DNA from: Bacteroidota bacterium
Lineage (GTDB): Bacteria; Bacteroidota; Bacteroidia; Bacteroidales; GCA-2748055
DNA: 64,000 nt
Assembly (NCBI GenBank): GCA_024640885.1
Contig: JAHEEC010000006.1
Coordinates: 5,238 to 69,237 of the forward strand
Direction: 5' to 3'
Part shown: positions 17,607 through 26,867 of the stretch, piece after piece
Numbering within the stretch: position 1 is the stretch's first letter
Layout: every line of letters starts with the position of its first letter
Notes under the pieces: model-generated
The model's input: only the letters and a program-made list of their open reading frames with translations
What the model was told of the DNA's origin: nothing
Databases searched by the model: none
Program-made: the position numbers and the translations under genes

Positions 17607-19019
17607 CTATTGCTCTTTGGAGATCCCCAGCAAATGACCTGTGGTTCTGAAAATGATCATGCCATCACAGATGGCAGGAGTGGAGAGGGAAATTTCACCC
17701 AGTGGAATGGATTTAATCATGCGGTATTCAGGTCCCGCTTCAACAATGAATACATCGCCATCTTCACTCACACAGTAGATCTTTCCGTCGGCAGCAACCG
17801 GAGAGGCAATAAAGCTCTCAGTGGACACCGTTTCCCTGTATAGCTGTTCACCCGTAGCGGCATCCAGACACTCCAGGTTGCCGTTCCACCTGAGGTTGTA
17901 CAGCAGGCCCCGGTACACGAGAAGGGTTTGCATGTATGCGCCTCCCCGTTCCCTGAACCAGGCAACCGCCTCCTCTTTCCGTTCACCCACTGGATACCTG
18001 ATATTACCAGAAGCACTTGTGGTAATGGCCAGGATTGGACTTTGCCTTCCGTGGGCGCTGTTGAAGTAGATCAAATCTCCGTGAAGGATGGGGGTGGGCA
18101 CGGGTACATCCCCTCCTCCGGACATTCTCCACACCTCTTCTCCTGTTTCAAAATCATAACCGCCCCGGTGTTTGAATCCGTTCACGGCGATCCGGGCGAG
18201 GCCATCATGATAATAGATGTTGGGAGTGCTCCACCCCGGCCAGTCACTCCGCTCCTTTTTCCAAAGGATCTCGCCATTCCTTATGTCAAGGGCTGCAAGA
18301 AAGGAATTCTCCTTTACGTCGGCTTGCAGGATGACCCGGTCCCCATGGATGACTGGCGAACTTGCAAATTCCCACTCTGCAAAATCTGCACCATGGGCCG
18401 AGGACATCAGTATGCCGAAGTCCCTCTCCCACATAAGGTTTCCATCAAAATCATAACAGTATACCCCTTCGGAACCGAAAAAGGCCACCACGTGTTTCCC
18501 GTCGGTGGCCACCGTGGGATTTGCATGGGAGGACTTCGGATGCCGCTTGACCTCAGGGATCCCGGAGTGTGCGGTTTTTTCCCAGCGCATATTTCCGCTC
18601 TCCAAATCGAAGGCGAATACTTTCCATTCCAGCTCTGACTCGTCATCCACAGGCTCCCCTTCGCCGTAAATACCTGTCTTGATTCCACCTTCCCCAGCTT
18701 CCCCTACGGCCGACGTTAGAAATATGCGATTCTCCCAGATCACGGGGCAGGATAGTCCCAGGCCGGGTACAGGGACCTTCCAGCGCACATTCTCCATGGT
18801 TTTCACATCCCACCCGTCAGGCAGGTCGGCGTTGTCAAGGTAACCCCGTGCGTAGCAGCCCCTGAATGAGGGCCACTGTCGAGAATTCTCCATCTTTTCC
18901 AGAAAGATGGCTTCAGCTTCAGGGTTCCCTGATGCACCAGCTTCAGTGACAACCTGACCGCTGCATCCACTTTGAAGCATCAGGCAGGCGGCGAGGATTA
19001 CAAACAAGGCTTTGTTCAT
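17607..19019 (-). CDS. PQQ-like beta-propeller repeat lipoprotein (BamB-like fold), paralog A
   Basis: 470 aa with lipobox LQSGC. Repeated W-containing blades. Colinear with 19032-20438, including the KRHPKSSHAN and GGGD(V/I)P(V/I)PTP motifs. Confidence 0.85.
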   Translation of the reverse strand: MNKALFVILAACLMLQSGCSGQVVTEAGASGNPEAEAIFLEKMENSRQWPSFRGCYARGYLDNADLPDGWDVKTMENVRWKVPVPGLGLSCPVIWENRIFLTSAVGEAGEGGIKTGIYGEGEPVDDESELEWKVFAFDLESGNMRWEKTAHSGIPEVKRHPKSSHANPTVATDGKHVVAFFGSEGVYCYDFDGNLMWERDFGILMSSAHGADFAEWEFASSPVIHGDRVILQADVKENSFLAALDIRNGEILWKKERSDWPGWSTPNIYYHDGLARIAVNGFKHRGGYDFETGEEVWRMSGGGDVPVPTPILHGDLIYFNSAHGRQSPILAITTSASGNIRYPVGERKEEAVAWFRERGGAYMQTLLVYRGLLYNLRWNGNLECLDAATGEQLYRETVSTESFIASPVAADGKIYCVSEDGDVFIVEAGPEYRMIKSIPLGEISLSTPAICDGMIIFRTTGHLLGISKEQ

Positions 19020-19031
19020 GGGGTTTTGGAT

Positions 19032-20438
19032 TTATTGTACCGCAGCGGCTATGAGGTGGCCGGCAGTACGCAGGATGATCATTCCATCGGTAATGGCCGG
19101 AGTTACCAGGGAAACCTCGCCCAGAGGTATTGTTTTTAATAACCTGTACTCCTTTCCCGCCTGTGCAATATAGAGGTCACCCACCTCAGAGACCATGTAG
19201 ATCCTCCCATCCGAGGCCACAGGACATGCAATAAAGCTTGATGGATTTATGGTTTGCTGGTAGAACTCCTTCCCGGTTCTTGCATCCAGGCAAGCCAGGC
19301 TTCCGTTCCACCTCAGGCGATAGAGCAGGCTGTCATAGACCAGTACCGACGTCATGTATGATCCGCCCCTCTCATAAAACCAGGCAAAATCTTCTCCCGG
19401 AACCGAATCATTGTCAGGGTAGGGGATCTCCCCCGCAGCACTGTTTTTCACTGCCATCAGCGGAGCGGAACGGCCATGGGCACTGTTAAAATAGAGCAGG
19501 TCCTTCCATACCACGGGAGTTGGGATGGGAATATCCCCTCCGCCGGCCATTTTCCAAATCTCATTTCCGGTATCCAGGTCATAGCCACCCCTGTGTTTGT
19601 AACCGTTGACCGCAACCCTTGGCTTATCCCCATCGAAATAGATGTTCGGAGTGCACCATCCTGAGATTTCGTCCCTCTCCTTTTTCCACACTGTTTCACC
19701 GGTGAATAGATCCAGGGCTGCCACAAAGGCCGTATTGAGTGCATCGGCCTGGATGATTACCTTATCCTGGAAAATGATCGGGGAGCTACAAAACTCCCAT
19801 TCAGCTGATTCCACCACATTCCACGCAGAGTTGATCAATCCGAAATCCCGTTTCCAGATCAATGCACCTTCCATATCGTAACAGTACAATCCTTCCGAAC
19901 CAAAGAATGCGATCACATGGCTGCCATCTGTGGCCACTGTGGTATTGGCATGGGAGGATTTGGGATGGCGTTTAACCTTTGGGATCCCCTGGTATGCATC
20001 CTGTTCCCACCGAATGGCTCCCGAGGTTTTATCAATGCAATAGATTTTCCATATATGGACGGAGGAATCTTCCACGGGTTCAATGTCACCGTACATACCG
20101 GTTTTGTAACCCTCTTTGTCCTCCTGGCTGACGGCCGTGGTAATAAATACAAGATCATCCCATACCACCGGACAGGAGAGCCCCAGACCGGGGATCTCCA
20201 GGTTCCATTTGATGTTGAAGGATGTCTCCACATTAAAACTATCGGGCAGGTTTGCTTGATCCAGGTAACCGGAAGCGAAATAGCCCCGGTAGGAGGGCCA
20301 GTTCCTGTTTGATTCCATGGATTCGAACAGGGAGGCATCTGAATTCACCTTGCTTGCGAAAAGTTCCTGGCTGTGGATTTTAGTGCAGGAAATCAGTGCG
20401 GAGGCCAGAATCAATAACATTACACAGGGCGGTTTCAT
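19032..20438 (-). CDS. PQQ-like beta-propeller repeat lipoprotein, paralog B
   Basis: 468 aa with lipobox LISC. Same motif order as paralog A. The two genes are separated by 12 nt. Confidence 0.85.
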   Translation of the reverse strand: MKPPCVMLLILASALISCTKIHSQELFASKVNSDASLFESMESNRNWPSYRGYFASGYLDQANLPDSFNVETSFNIKWNLEIPGLGLSCPVVWDDLVFITTAVSQEDKEGYKTGMYGDIEPVEDSSVHIWKIYCIDKTSGAIRWEQDAYQGIPKVKRHPKSSHANTTVATDGSHVIAFFGSEGLYCYDMEGALIWKRDFGLINSAWNVVESAEWEFCSSPIIFQDKVIIQADALNTAFVAALDLFTGETVWKKERDEISGWCTPNIYFDGDKPRVAVNGYKHRGGYDLDTGNEIWKMAGGGDIPIPTPVVWKDLLYFNSAHGRSAPLMAVKNSAAGEIPYPDNDSVPGEDFAWFYERGGSYMTSVLVYDSLLYRLRWNGSLACLDARTGKEFYQQTINPSSFIACPVASDGRIYMVSEVGDLYIAQAGKEYRLLKTIPLGEVSLVTPAITDGMIILRTAGHLIAAAVQ

Positions 20439-20486
20439 ATTTGAGAGGGTTTGTTGATTACTATAAATATATCAATATTATAATAA

Positions 20487-21188
20487 ATGCTATTTTTGAC
20501 TATGATCCTGAAATTCATTCAACCGTCCATTGACCTCATGAATATCCGGGTCGATGAACCCATCACCACAGCCACCGACATCATCATGGCGGCCATCTGT
20601 TTTTATGCGTTTATCAGAATTGGAAAGCTGGAAGCGGGAGGAAGGATCAAATGGTATTTTAAGTATTACTTTCTAACCCTCGGCCTGGGAGCCCTGTTCG
20701 GAGGGATCCTGGGACATGCCTTCCTCTACAGGTTATCTGAACCCTGGAAGTTGGTTTCATGGGTATTTACTATGCTTTCGGTGGCATTGATGGCCTATGC
20801 ACTGCTTGAAATGGCGGGCCCACTGATCAGGTCCTCGATCATCCGTCTGGTCAAATGGTTCAATTTGCTTGTCCTGGCTGTAGCCCTCTTCATTACAATG
20901 TGGACCCTGGCCTTCTCACCGGTCAAGTTCTATACAATTTTTGGAATGCTGGTGGTGGTGGGTTCCCTCAGCTTTTATATATATCAAAAAACCGGAAAGA
21001 GGTGTGTGGTGAGGTTCATGTTAGCCGTGGGCCTCGGGCTGGTATCTGCTTTTATTTTCAGCTTTGAAATGGGGTTGAGCCCCTGGTTCAATCATACTGA
21101 CATAAGCCATGTAATCCTGAGTGCAAGTGCCCTGATCATGTACAAGGGAGCGAGCCTGGAATTGCAATCACCTGGCACCCTGCTCTGA
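20487..21188 (+). CDS. hypothetical polytopic membrane protein (about 7 TM)
   Basis: 233 aa, hydrophobic throughout. Conserved-looking GHAF and NHTDISH segments. Its stop overlaps the next ATG (TGATG). Confidence 0.6.
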   Translation: MLFLTMILKFIQPSIDLMNIRVDEPITTATDIIMAAICFYAFIRIGKLEAGGRIKWYFKYYFLTLGLGALFGGILGHAFLYRLSEPWKLVSWVFTMLSVALMAYALLEMAGPLIRSSIIRLVKWFNLLVLAVALFITMWTLAFSPVKFYTIFGMLVVVGSLSFYIYQKTGKRCVVRFMLAVGLGLVSAFIFSFEMGLSPWFNHTDISHVILSASALIMYKGASLELQSPGTLL

Positions 21189-23251
21189 TGGAGGAAAAAA
21201 TCAGTATTTTCCTTGGGATCTTTGGTTTAATTGCGACAGGTTTCATGCCTGCCACCGGACAAAAAACCCTGAAGGCTTTCTATTTTTCCACACCTATTCT
21301 TATCGATGGGATCCATGAACCTGCGCTATGGGCCGGAGCGGACTCAGCTGTGGATTTCTTCCAGATGGAGCCCTCACCGGGAGCGCCGGCATCAGATCCA
21401 ACAGTCTGTTATGTGGGATATGACAGCGAAAACCTCTATGTCAGCGTCAACCTTTACCAGGACCAGGGGGTGCTTGCCAAGGTGCTGAACAGGGATGTAC
21501 TTACGAAGGGTGACGATTGCTTCGCCCTCGTGGTGGATCCCTTTAACGACAACAGGAGCGGATATGGATTCTGGACCAACCCGCTGGGCACCCAGACCGA
21601 TTTCAGGATCAATGATGATGGCCAGAATATTGATGTGAACTGGGATGCAGAATGGAAGGCCGCTGCAACGGTCCATGAAAGGGGGTGGACCCTTGAAATG
21701 GCCATACCCTTCAGAAGCCTTCACTTTAAACCTGGTGTTGAAACCTGGGGGGTGAATTTTGGGAGGGTGCTCAGGACCAAATTTGAATCTGTATACTGGT
21801 CAGGAACCATGACCGACGATTTCAGGATCTCCCAGGCTGGTAAACTGACCGGGATCATTCCCCCCACATCCCGTGGCAAGCTGACCCTCTTCCCGTATGC
21901 CTCACTGAGTTATGAAAACAACCAATTCACCGGAGTCGAACAAAAGGTAAGGCCCGATGCCGGGGCAGATGTGAAGTGGCAGATATCGCCCAACCTCACC
22001 GCCGACGGGACCATCAATCCTGATTTTGCCACCGTGGAGGCAGACCAGGAACAGATTAATCTTACCAGGTATGAACTTAACTACCCCGAGAAACGATTGT
22101 TCTTCCAGGAGGGGAACGAAATGTATTCAACCCGGATCAGGACATTTTATTCCAGGCGCATCCAGGATATCCTGTACGGGGTAAAATTGAATGGTAAAGC
22201 CGGGAAATACAATTTCAATGGGCTGAATGTCAGGACACTTCAATCTACAGGGGATTCTGAGCCACCCGCCTTCTTTTCCACGGCCCGGGTAAAAAGGGAT
22301 TTCCTTGGATCGTCTTCCGTGGGCCTGACCGCAGTGGACCGGAGAAATGATTCCAGCTTTGTCACATCCTTCAGTGGGGATTATACACTCAACCTTGGTG
22401 AAACCTGGAAACTTACGGGCCAGTTGGTAGCCAGCCTGCCTGGAGACCTGCTCACTCACAGTGCCTGGTTCCTGAGGTTCGCAAAGGAGACGAACTTTTA
22501 CCACTTGCATGTGAGATATACCCAGCTGGGGGAAAATTTCCAGGAGAATGTGAACCAGACCGGGTATGTGGTGGACGACGACCGCAGGGAGGTTGACAGT
22601 GACCTAAGTTATCGGTGGTGGCTAAGAAACAGCCTGTTCCAGTTTATAGAAGTGGAGACAAGGAACAATGTATTCTGGGCGCGCTCCACCGGAGTGTTAA
22701 GGAGCTGGTTTATCACCGAGGCTGTGCAGTTTTATCTCCAGAACCGCTTTTCATTGGGTTACAGTTACAGCAACGAGTATAAATTGTTTGATAAGCAATA
22801 TTATAATTACAGACATAATTTCGAACTGGGATACAATACGGCCGAATGGAGCCACGCTTTGGTACAATATTCATTCGGCCATAATTTTGACCGTAATTTT
22901 CAACGATTCACCCTGGGTGGACGGATAAAGATCACAGAGAAAATGGCAGTTGAGTACAGCGGTGATCTCATAAGTTTCACGCCTGATGAGGAAGATCTTT
23001 CCACTTTTATTAATGTGCTTACCCTGAACTATAACTTCACCAGGGATCTCTGGATCAAGGTTTTTGCCCAGAATAGTACCGGAAGCAACAAGGTTTACAT
23101 TTATGGAATGACGGGCTGGAGGTTCAATCCGCCCTTCGGAGCAATCTACCTTATTTATTCACACGACCAGGAAGCTGAATTGGCCGGTGATCTTGCCCGG
23201 GCTGATGCACTTTTCCTCAAAATTACTTTGCCCATTTCCCTGATCAGGTGA
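21188..23251 (+). CDS. DUF5916 / carbohydrate-binding family 9-like domain protein (probable outer-membrane beta-barrel)
   Basis: 687 aa with a signal peptide. The N-terminal IDG...W..A....DF.Q.EP segment is typical of CBM9-like/DUF5916 proteins. The C-terminal half has alternating aromatic beta-strand patterns. Confidence 0.75.
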   Translation: MEEKISIFLGIFGLIATGFMPATGQKTLKAFYFSTPILIDGIHEPALWAGADSAVDFFQMEPSPGAPASDPTVCYVGYDSENLYVSVNLYQDQGVLAKVLNRDVLTKGDDCFALVVDPFNDNRSGYGFWTNPLGTQTDFRINDDGQNIDVNWDAEWKAAATVHERGWTLEMAIPFRSLHFKPGVETWGVNFGRVLRTKFESVYWSGTMTDDFRISQAGKLTGIIPPTSRGKLTLFPYASLSYENNQFTGVEQKVRPDAGADVKWQISPNLTADGTINPDFATVEADQEQINLTRYELNYPEKRLFFQEGNEMYSTRIRTFYSRRIQDILYGVKLNGKAGKYNFNGLNVRTLQSTGDSEPPAFFSTARVKRDFLGSSSVGLTAVDRRNDSSFVTSFSGDYTLNLGETWKLTGQLVASLPGDLLTHSAWFLRFAKETNFYHLHVRYTQLGENFQENVNQTGYVVDDDRREVDSDLSYRWWLRNSLFQFIEVETRNNVFWARSTGVLRSWFITEAVQFYLQNRFSLGYSYSNEYKLFDKQYYNYRHNFELGYNTAEWSHALVQYSFGHNFDRNFQRFTLGGRIKITEKMAVEYSGDLISFTPDEEDLSTFINVLTLNYNFTRDLWIKVFAQNSTGSNKVYIYGMTGWRFNPPFGAIYLIYSHDQEAELAGDLARADALFLKITLPISLIR

Positions 23252-23294
23252 TCGTTTTTTTTCTTAAATTGGTATACACCATTATTTATAAATC

Positions 23295-23732
23295 ATGGAA
23301 CGCGCACAACAAGCCAGGGAACTGTTCCTTTCCGGGTATAATTGCGCCCAATCGGTGCTTTTATCATATGCGGAGGATACAAGGTTCAGCAAAGAACTGG
23401 CACAGAAAGTGGCCGCCGGTTTCGGGGGCGGAATGGGCAAACAGCAGGAAACCTGCGGGGCCGTTACGGGAGCAGTCATGGTCCTGGGCCTGCTGAGAGG
23501 GGAGAAGGTCAACAACAATGAGGAGCTGAAAACGGAGTCCTATGCATCGGTGAAGGAACTATACCGGAAGTTTACCGAGGAATTCAAGACCACACGGTGC
23601 CGGGATCTGATCGGATGCGATCTGAATACGCCAGAAGGTGCCGCAAAGTTCAAAGACGAAAAGATTATGGAAACGGTTTGTGCCGGTTGCGTGGAGAAGG
23701 CGGTTCAGATCGTGGACAATATTACCCACTGA
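23295..23732 (+). CDS. C_GCAxxG_C_C family protein
   Basis: 145 aa. YNCAQSVL, CGAVTGA, RC..LIGC and CAGC motifs in the family order. Confidence 0.8.
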   Translation: MERAQQARELFLSGYNCAQSVLLSYAEDTRFSKELAQKVAAGFGGGMGKQQETCGAVTGAVMVLGLLRGEKVNNNEELKTESYASVKELYRKFTEEFKTTRCRDLIGCDLNTPEGAAKFKDEKIMETVCAGCVEKAVQIVDNITH

Positions 23733-23737
23733 CCCGG

Positions 23738-24361
23738 ATGGATTGGAACGGATTTGAGAAGCTGAAAGCGTATGTGGGGGAACGAATCCTGGAATTTTCA
23801 ACCATTCACCCGGAACGGGCAGCAAGATTAGTCCTGCTTGCCGGGGATATTCGGGACCGGTTAATCAGTAAAGGCTGTGCCAGGCTTATTTTTATCTGTA
23901 CCCACAACTCCAGGAGGAGCCACCTGGGGCATCTCTGGGGGCAGCTTTCTGCCAGTTTTTACCAGGTGGATGGAATTGATTGTTATTCGGGGGGTACCGA
24001 AGCCACAGCTTTTAATCACAGGGCAGTGAAGGCAATGGCAGATGCAGGAATGCAACTTTCAAAACTTGATGATAGTTCCAATCCACTCTACCAGGTCTCC
24101 TTTTCGAGCCAGATGAAACCCATTGGGGCATTCTCAAAAAAAATTACTGATCCGCCCAATCCGCGTGAAGGATTCATTGCAGTCATGACCTGTTCCGATG
24201 CAGATGAAGCATGCCCGGTGGTCCATGGGGCGGTTTCACGGTTTGCCATTCCCTATGTCGATCCAAAGGCGTCAGATGGAACTTCCGAAGAACCATTTAT
24301 CTATGCTGAACGCTGCCGGCAGGTCTCACGGGAGATGCTCTACCTGTTTTCAAGGGTATAG
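23738..24361 (+). CDS. low-molecular-weight phosphatase family protein (ArsC-type arsenate reductase / protein-tyrosine phosphatase)
   Basis: ATG 23738. P-loop ICTHNSRRSH and a downstream TCSDADEAC cysteine pair (Trx-coupled ArsC pattern). About 45 aa precede the P-loop. Confidence 0.8.
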   Translation: MDWNGFEKLKAYVGERILEFSTIHPERAARLVLLAGDIRDRLISKGCARLIFICTHNSRRSHLGHLWGQLSASFYQVDGIDCYSGGTEATAFNHRAVKAMADAGMQLSKLDDSSNPLYQVSFSSQMKPIGAFSKKITDPPNPREGFIAVMTCSDADEACPVVHGAVSRFAIPYVDPKASDGTSEEPFIYAERCRQVSREMLYLFSRV

Positions 24362-24370
24362 TCAATGCAC

Positions 24371-25309
24371 CTACTGTTCCGTATCCAAAGGATGCTCCGA
24401 AGAATCGTAGAACCGGTTCTGGAGGGTGGAAATGGTGTGATCCTCTTTTAGGTACCTGATCAATTCTGCCAGTTGTTTGGACTCGTTATCCAGGATCAAC
24501 TCGCCGAGGGCTTTTTGGGGTGACGATCCGTCGCCGGCATAATGATTGGGATAGTCCGCATACCACCAGATCCCCGTATAGCCATTAGGCAGGTTGTCAA
24601 GCCTTTCCTGGGGCTTACCCGATTGCGTGGAGGCCTCACCGGCATGGACCAGGTCCGGCCGCAGGGCATAGATAGCAGAGGTCTCCTCCTCATCGGCATG
24701 CCCCCCGTAGTTAGTGACCCTTAACTCTTTGACCTGTGCATCGATCTCTCGGGAATCTGGTGAAAAGAGCACCACCACGTAATCTTTTCTTGCCGCAAGC
24801 TGGGACTGGCAGAAGTAGGAGAAGAAATTTGTATTGCCGCCGTGGCCGTTCACAATGATTATCTTTTTTATCCCGTTGCGGGAAAGCTCTTCGCAGGTCT
24901 CCTCCAGGATTTTCCAGATCAGTTCCGGACTGTAGGCTATGGTTCCCGGCTGGTGCCTGGCTTCGAAGATCTGTCCGAAATAGTATTGGGGGAAGACAAG
25001 GACATATTCCAGTTGAGCAGCCCTTGAAGCCGTTTCCCTGGCCAGGAATAGGTCGGTGGCCAGCGGAAGGTGGGGACCATGTTTTTCCAGGATCCCGGCA
25101 GGTATGATGCAGGTGCCCCTTGATAACTCCACAGCCTTAATAAATTCAGGGGCTGTCAACTCACCGTAATGATAGGAAAGGCCTTCCCGGGGTGATTCCT
25201 GTGCATGGAGAGAAAGTAAAGCAGCAGACAACAGGGCTGCAGTGAAAAGAATTCGAATTGATTTCATGTGTTTGGGTTTTAAGGGTTCTATGCTATTGTT
25301 TGCGATCAT
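24371..25309 (-). CDS. creatininase family amidohydrolase, secreted
   Basis: EKHGPHLPLATD and IIVNGHGGN motifs. Signal peptide MKSIRILFTAALLSAALLSLHA. ATG 25309 forms an ATGA overlap with the upstream stop. ATG 25267 is an alternative. Confidence 0.85.
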   Translation of the reverse strand: MIANNSIEPLKPKHMKSIRILFTAALLSAALLSLHAQESPREGLSYHYGELTAPEFIKAVELSRGTCIIPAGILEKHGPHLPLATDLFLARETASRAAQLEYVLVFPQYYFGQIFEARHQPGTIAYSPELIWKILEETCEELSRNGIKKIIIVNGHGGNTNFFSYFCQSQLAARKDYVVVLFSPDSREIDAQVKELRVTNYGGHADEEETSAIYALRPDLVHAGEASTQSGKPQERLDNLPNGYTGIWWYADYPNHYAGDGSSPQKALGELILDNESKQLAELIRYLKEDHTISTLQNRFYDSSEHPLDTEQ

Positions 25310-26229
25310 TCTGAAGTCACACCGGTTTCCCAGCCAAAGTCCACATATTCCCAGGAAAACTCCCCCCCCGAAACATCGACCTTTATAAAGCCTTCCTGAA
25401 ATTCGCTGTCATCGGGGGTGCGCCACCACCTCCCGCTGACGGCACCTCCCGTGATGAATTTCACCTTTTCCATCAAAGTGATCTCCTCGATGGCATGGAG
25501 GTGGCCCTGAAGTACAAGCTTCAGATTCGTTTCCCGGAAGCACGCAAGTACATCCCTCTGGTTGGTCACAATTTCACTCTGGGTTGCGGCGGTAAGCGGA
25601 CCATGGTTGAGTTGTGGATAGACACTCACCAGCGGAATGTGTGCAACCAACACAATTGGGGTCAGCGTATCCAGTTCCCTGACATCTTCCCGGATCCAGT
25701 CCAGCTGGCTTTCGCTGACCTTCCCGATGTAGGATCCCCAGCTTCCTTCGCCCTTTTCTATTACATCCAGGACCATGAAGTGCCATCCCTTGTGGTCAAA
25801 GGAATAGTATGGTTTGCCTATCCTTTTTTCAAACATCCTTTCCCCGTAATCTGAATGCCCTGGATCCACTTCCGGAAGTGCACTGAACGCGTAATGGTCA
25901 TGATTCCCCATGGAATTGTAGAGTGGCATCCGGAACTCTTTGGTTAGTTCTGTATAGAGTTTAAACAGGGTGTCGGCACGTCCCCAGGAACTGCTCAGCA
26001 CATCATCCACCAGGTCACCGCCTGTAATGACAAAATCTGGATTCAGATCGTTTACACGTTCGATGGCCATCCTGAACCCATCCGGAGCGCGCATTTCCGG
26101 TTTCAGGTGAATATCTGTCATGAAAACGAATGTAAATGAATCGTCCTCTTTCTCCTCTCTGCCCCCCGTTGAAGGGGCACATGACCCAAACAGGATCATC
26201 AGGCAAATCAGGGTTGCAAATTGCTTCAT
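25306..26229 (-). CDS. metallophosphoesterase, lipoprotein
   Basis: MTDIHL, GGDLVDD, GNHD, AHIPL and GHLH motifs. ATG 26229 gives MKQFATLICLMILFGSC. ATG 26262 is also open. Confidence 0.85.
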   Translation of the reverse strand: MKQFATLICLMILFGSCAPSTGGREEKEDDSFTFVFMTDIHLKPEMRAPDGFRMAIERVNDLNPDFVITGGDLVDDVLSSSWGRADTLFKLYTELTKEFRMPLYNSMGNHDHYAFSALPEVDPGHSDYGERMFEKRIGKPYYSFDHKGWHFMVLDVIEKGEGSWGSYIGKVSESQLDWIREDVRELDTLTPIVLVAHIPLVSVYPQLNHGPLTAATQSEIVTNQRDVLACFRETNLKLVLQGHLHAIEEITLMEKVKFITGGAVSGRWWRTPDDSEFQEGFIKVDVSGGEFSWEYVDFGWETGVTSE

Positions 26230-26267
26230 TATGCAGGCATTTGAGTTCAAATAAATGTACATAAATT

Positions 26268-26867
26268 TTAATACTTCAAGGCCCCTATGGGGATATCATG
26301 TCCCTCTGTCACTCCGTTCATTGCGTTGATCAGCCTGGCCTGTTTGAACTTTCCGAGGTCATCCGGAGTGATCCGGCACGAGGTCAGCGTCCCGTCAGCC
26401 AGGAGGAAGGCCCGCATGGTACCTTGGAGCAAAGGCGTATCGGGGGTGAACCACCTTGATCCGTCCCAGAAGATTACATTGGCATAATAGCTGTCACTGA
26501 TCGATCCTTGCTTCACGATCAGGATGTCATCACAGCTGCCCCTTTGCAGATACAAAGCATCCAGTGCGGTCCGGTCCAGGTATTTATAGCCGTACTCTAC
26601 AATATTGGATTCTATTAGTTTAAGGGATTTCACCACCCTCCTTGCATAGGGTTCGAATTCGATAAGGTCAATGCTGTTCCCATAGGTGACCCGGCATTTG
26701 AATAATCCCTGCTCCAGGCCGCCGGGAATCCGGATCACCTCCTCAAGGTGAGGGTGCTTCTTCAATCCAAGCACCTGCAACCGTGTCTTTTCCAGCCTCA
26801 TCTGGTGGTATGGAAGGTTTTGCAGTTTTCCATCCAGGAGTTTTATGGTCTCAATAAATTGGGACAT
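26268..26867 (-). CDS. pabC: aminotransferase class IV family protein (aminodeoxychorismate lyase-like)
   Basis: 199 aa with a short class IV fold pattern. It overlaps the upstream chorismate-binding gene by 17 nt, the usual pabB-pabC arrangement in Bacteroidota. Confidence 0.65.
   Translation of the reverse strand: MSQFIETIKLLDGKLQNLPYHQMRLEKTRLQVLGLKKHPHLEEVIRIPGGLEQGLFKCRVTYGNSIDLIEFEPYARRVVKSLKLIESNIVEYGYKYLDRTALDALYLQRGSCDDILIVKQGSISDSYYANVIFWDGSRWFTPDTPLLQGTMRAFLLADGTLTSCRITPDDLGKFKQARLINAMNGVTEGHDIPIGALKY

Noticed and set aside
17607-20438. Tandem propeller paralogs as a diversity-generating (DGR) target or template pair, or as recent gene conversion
   Set aside because: No reverse transcriptase lies in the window. 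The two genes differ throughout at the nucleotide level, rather than in an adenine-specific patch, and there is no near-identical template or variable repeat.
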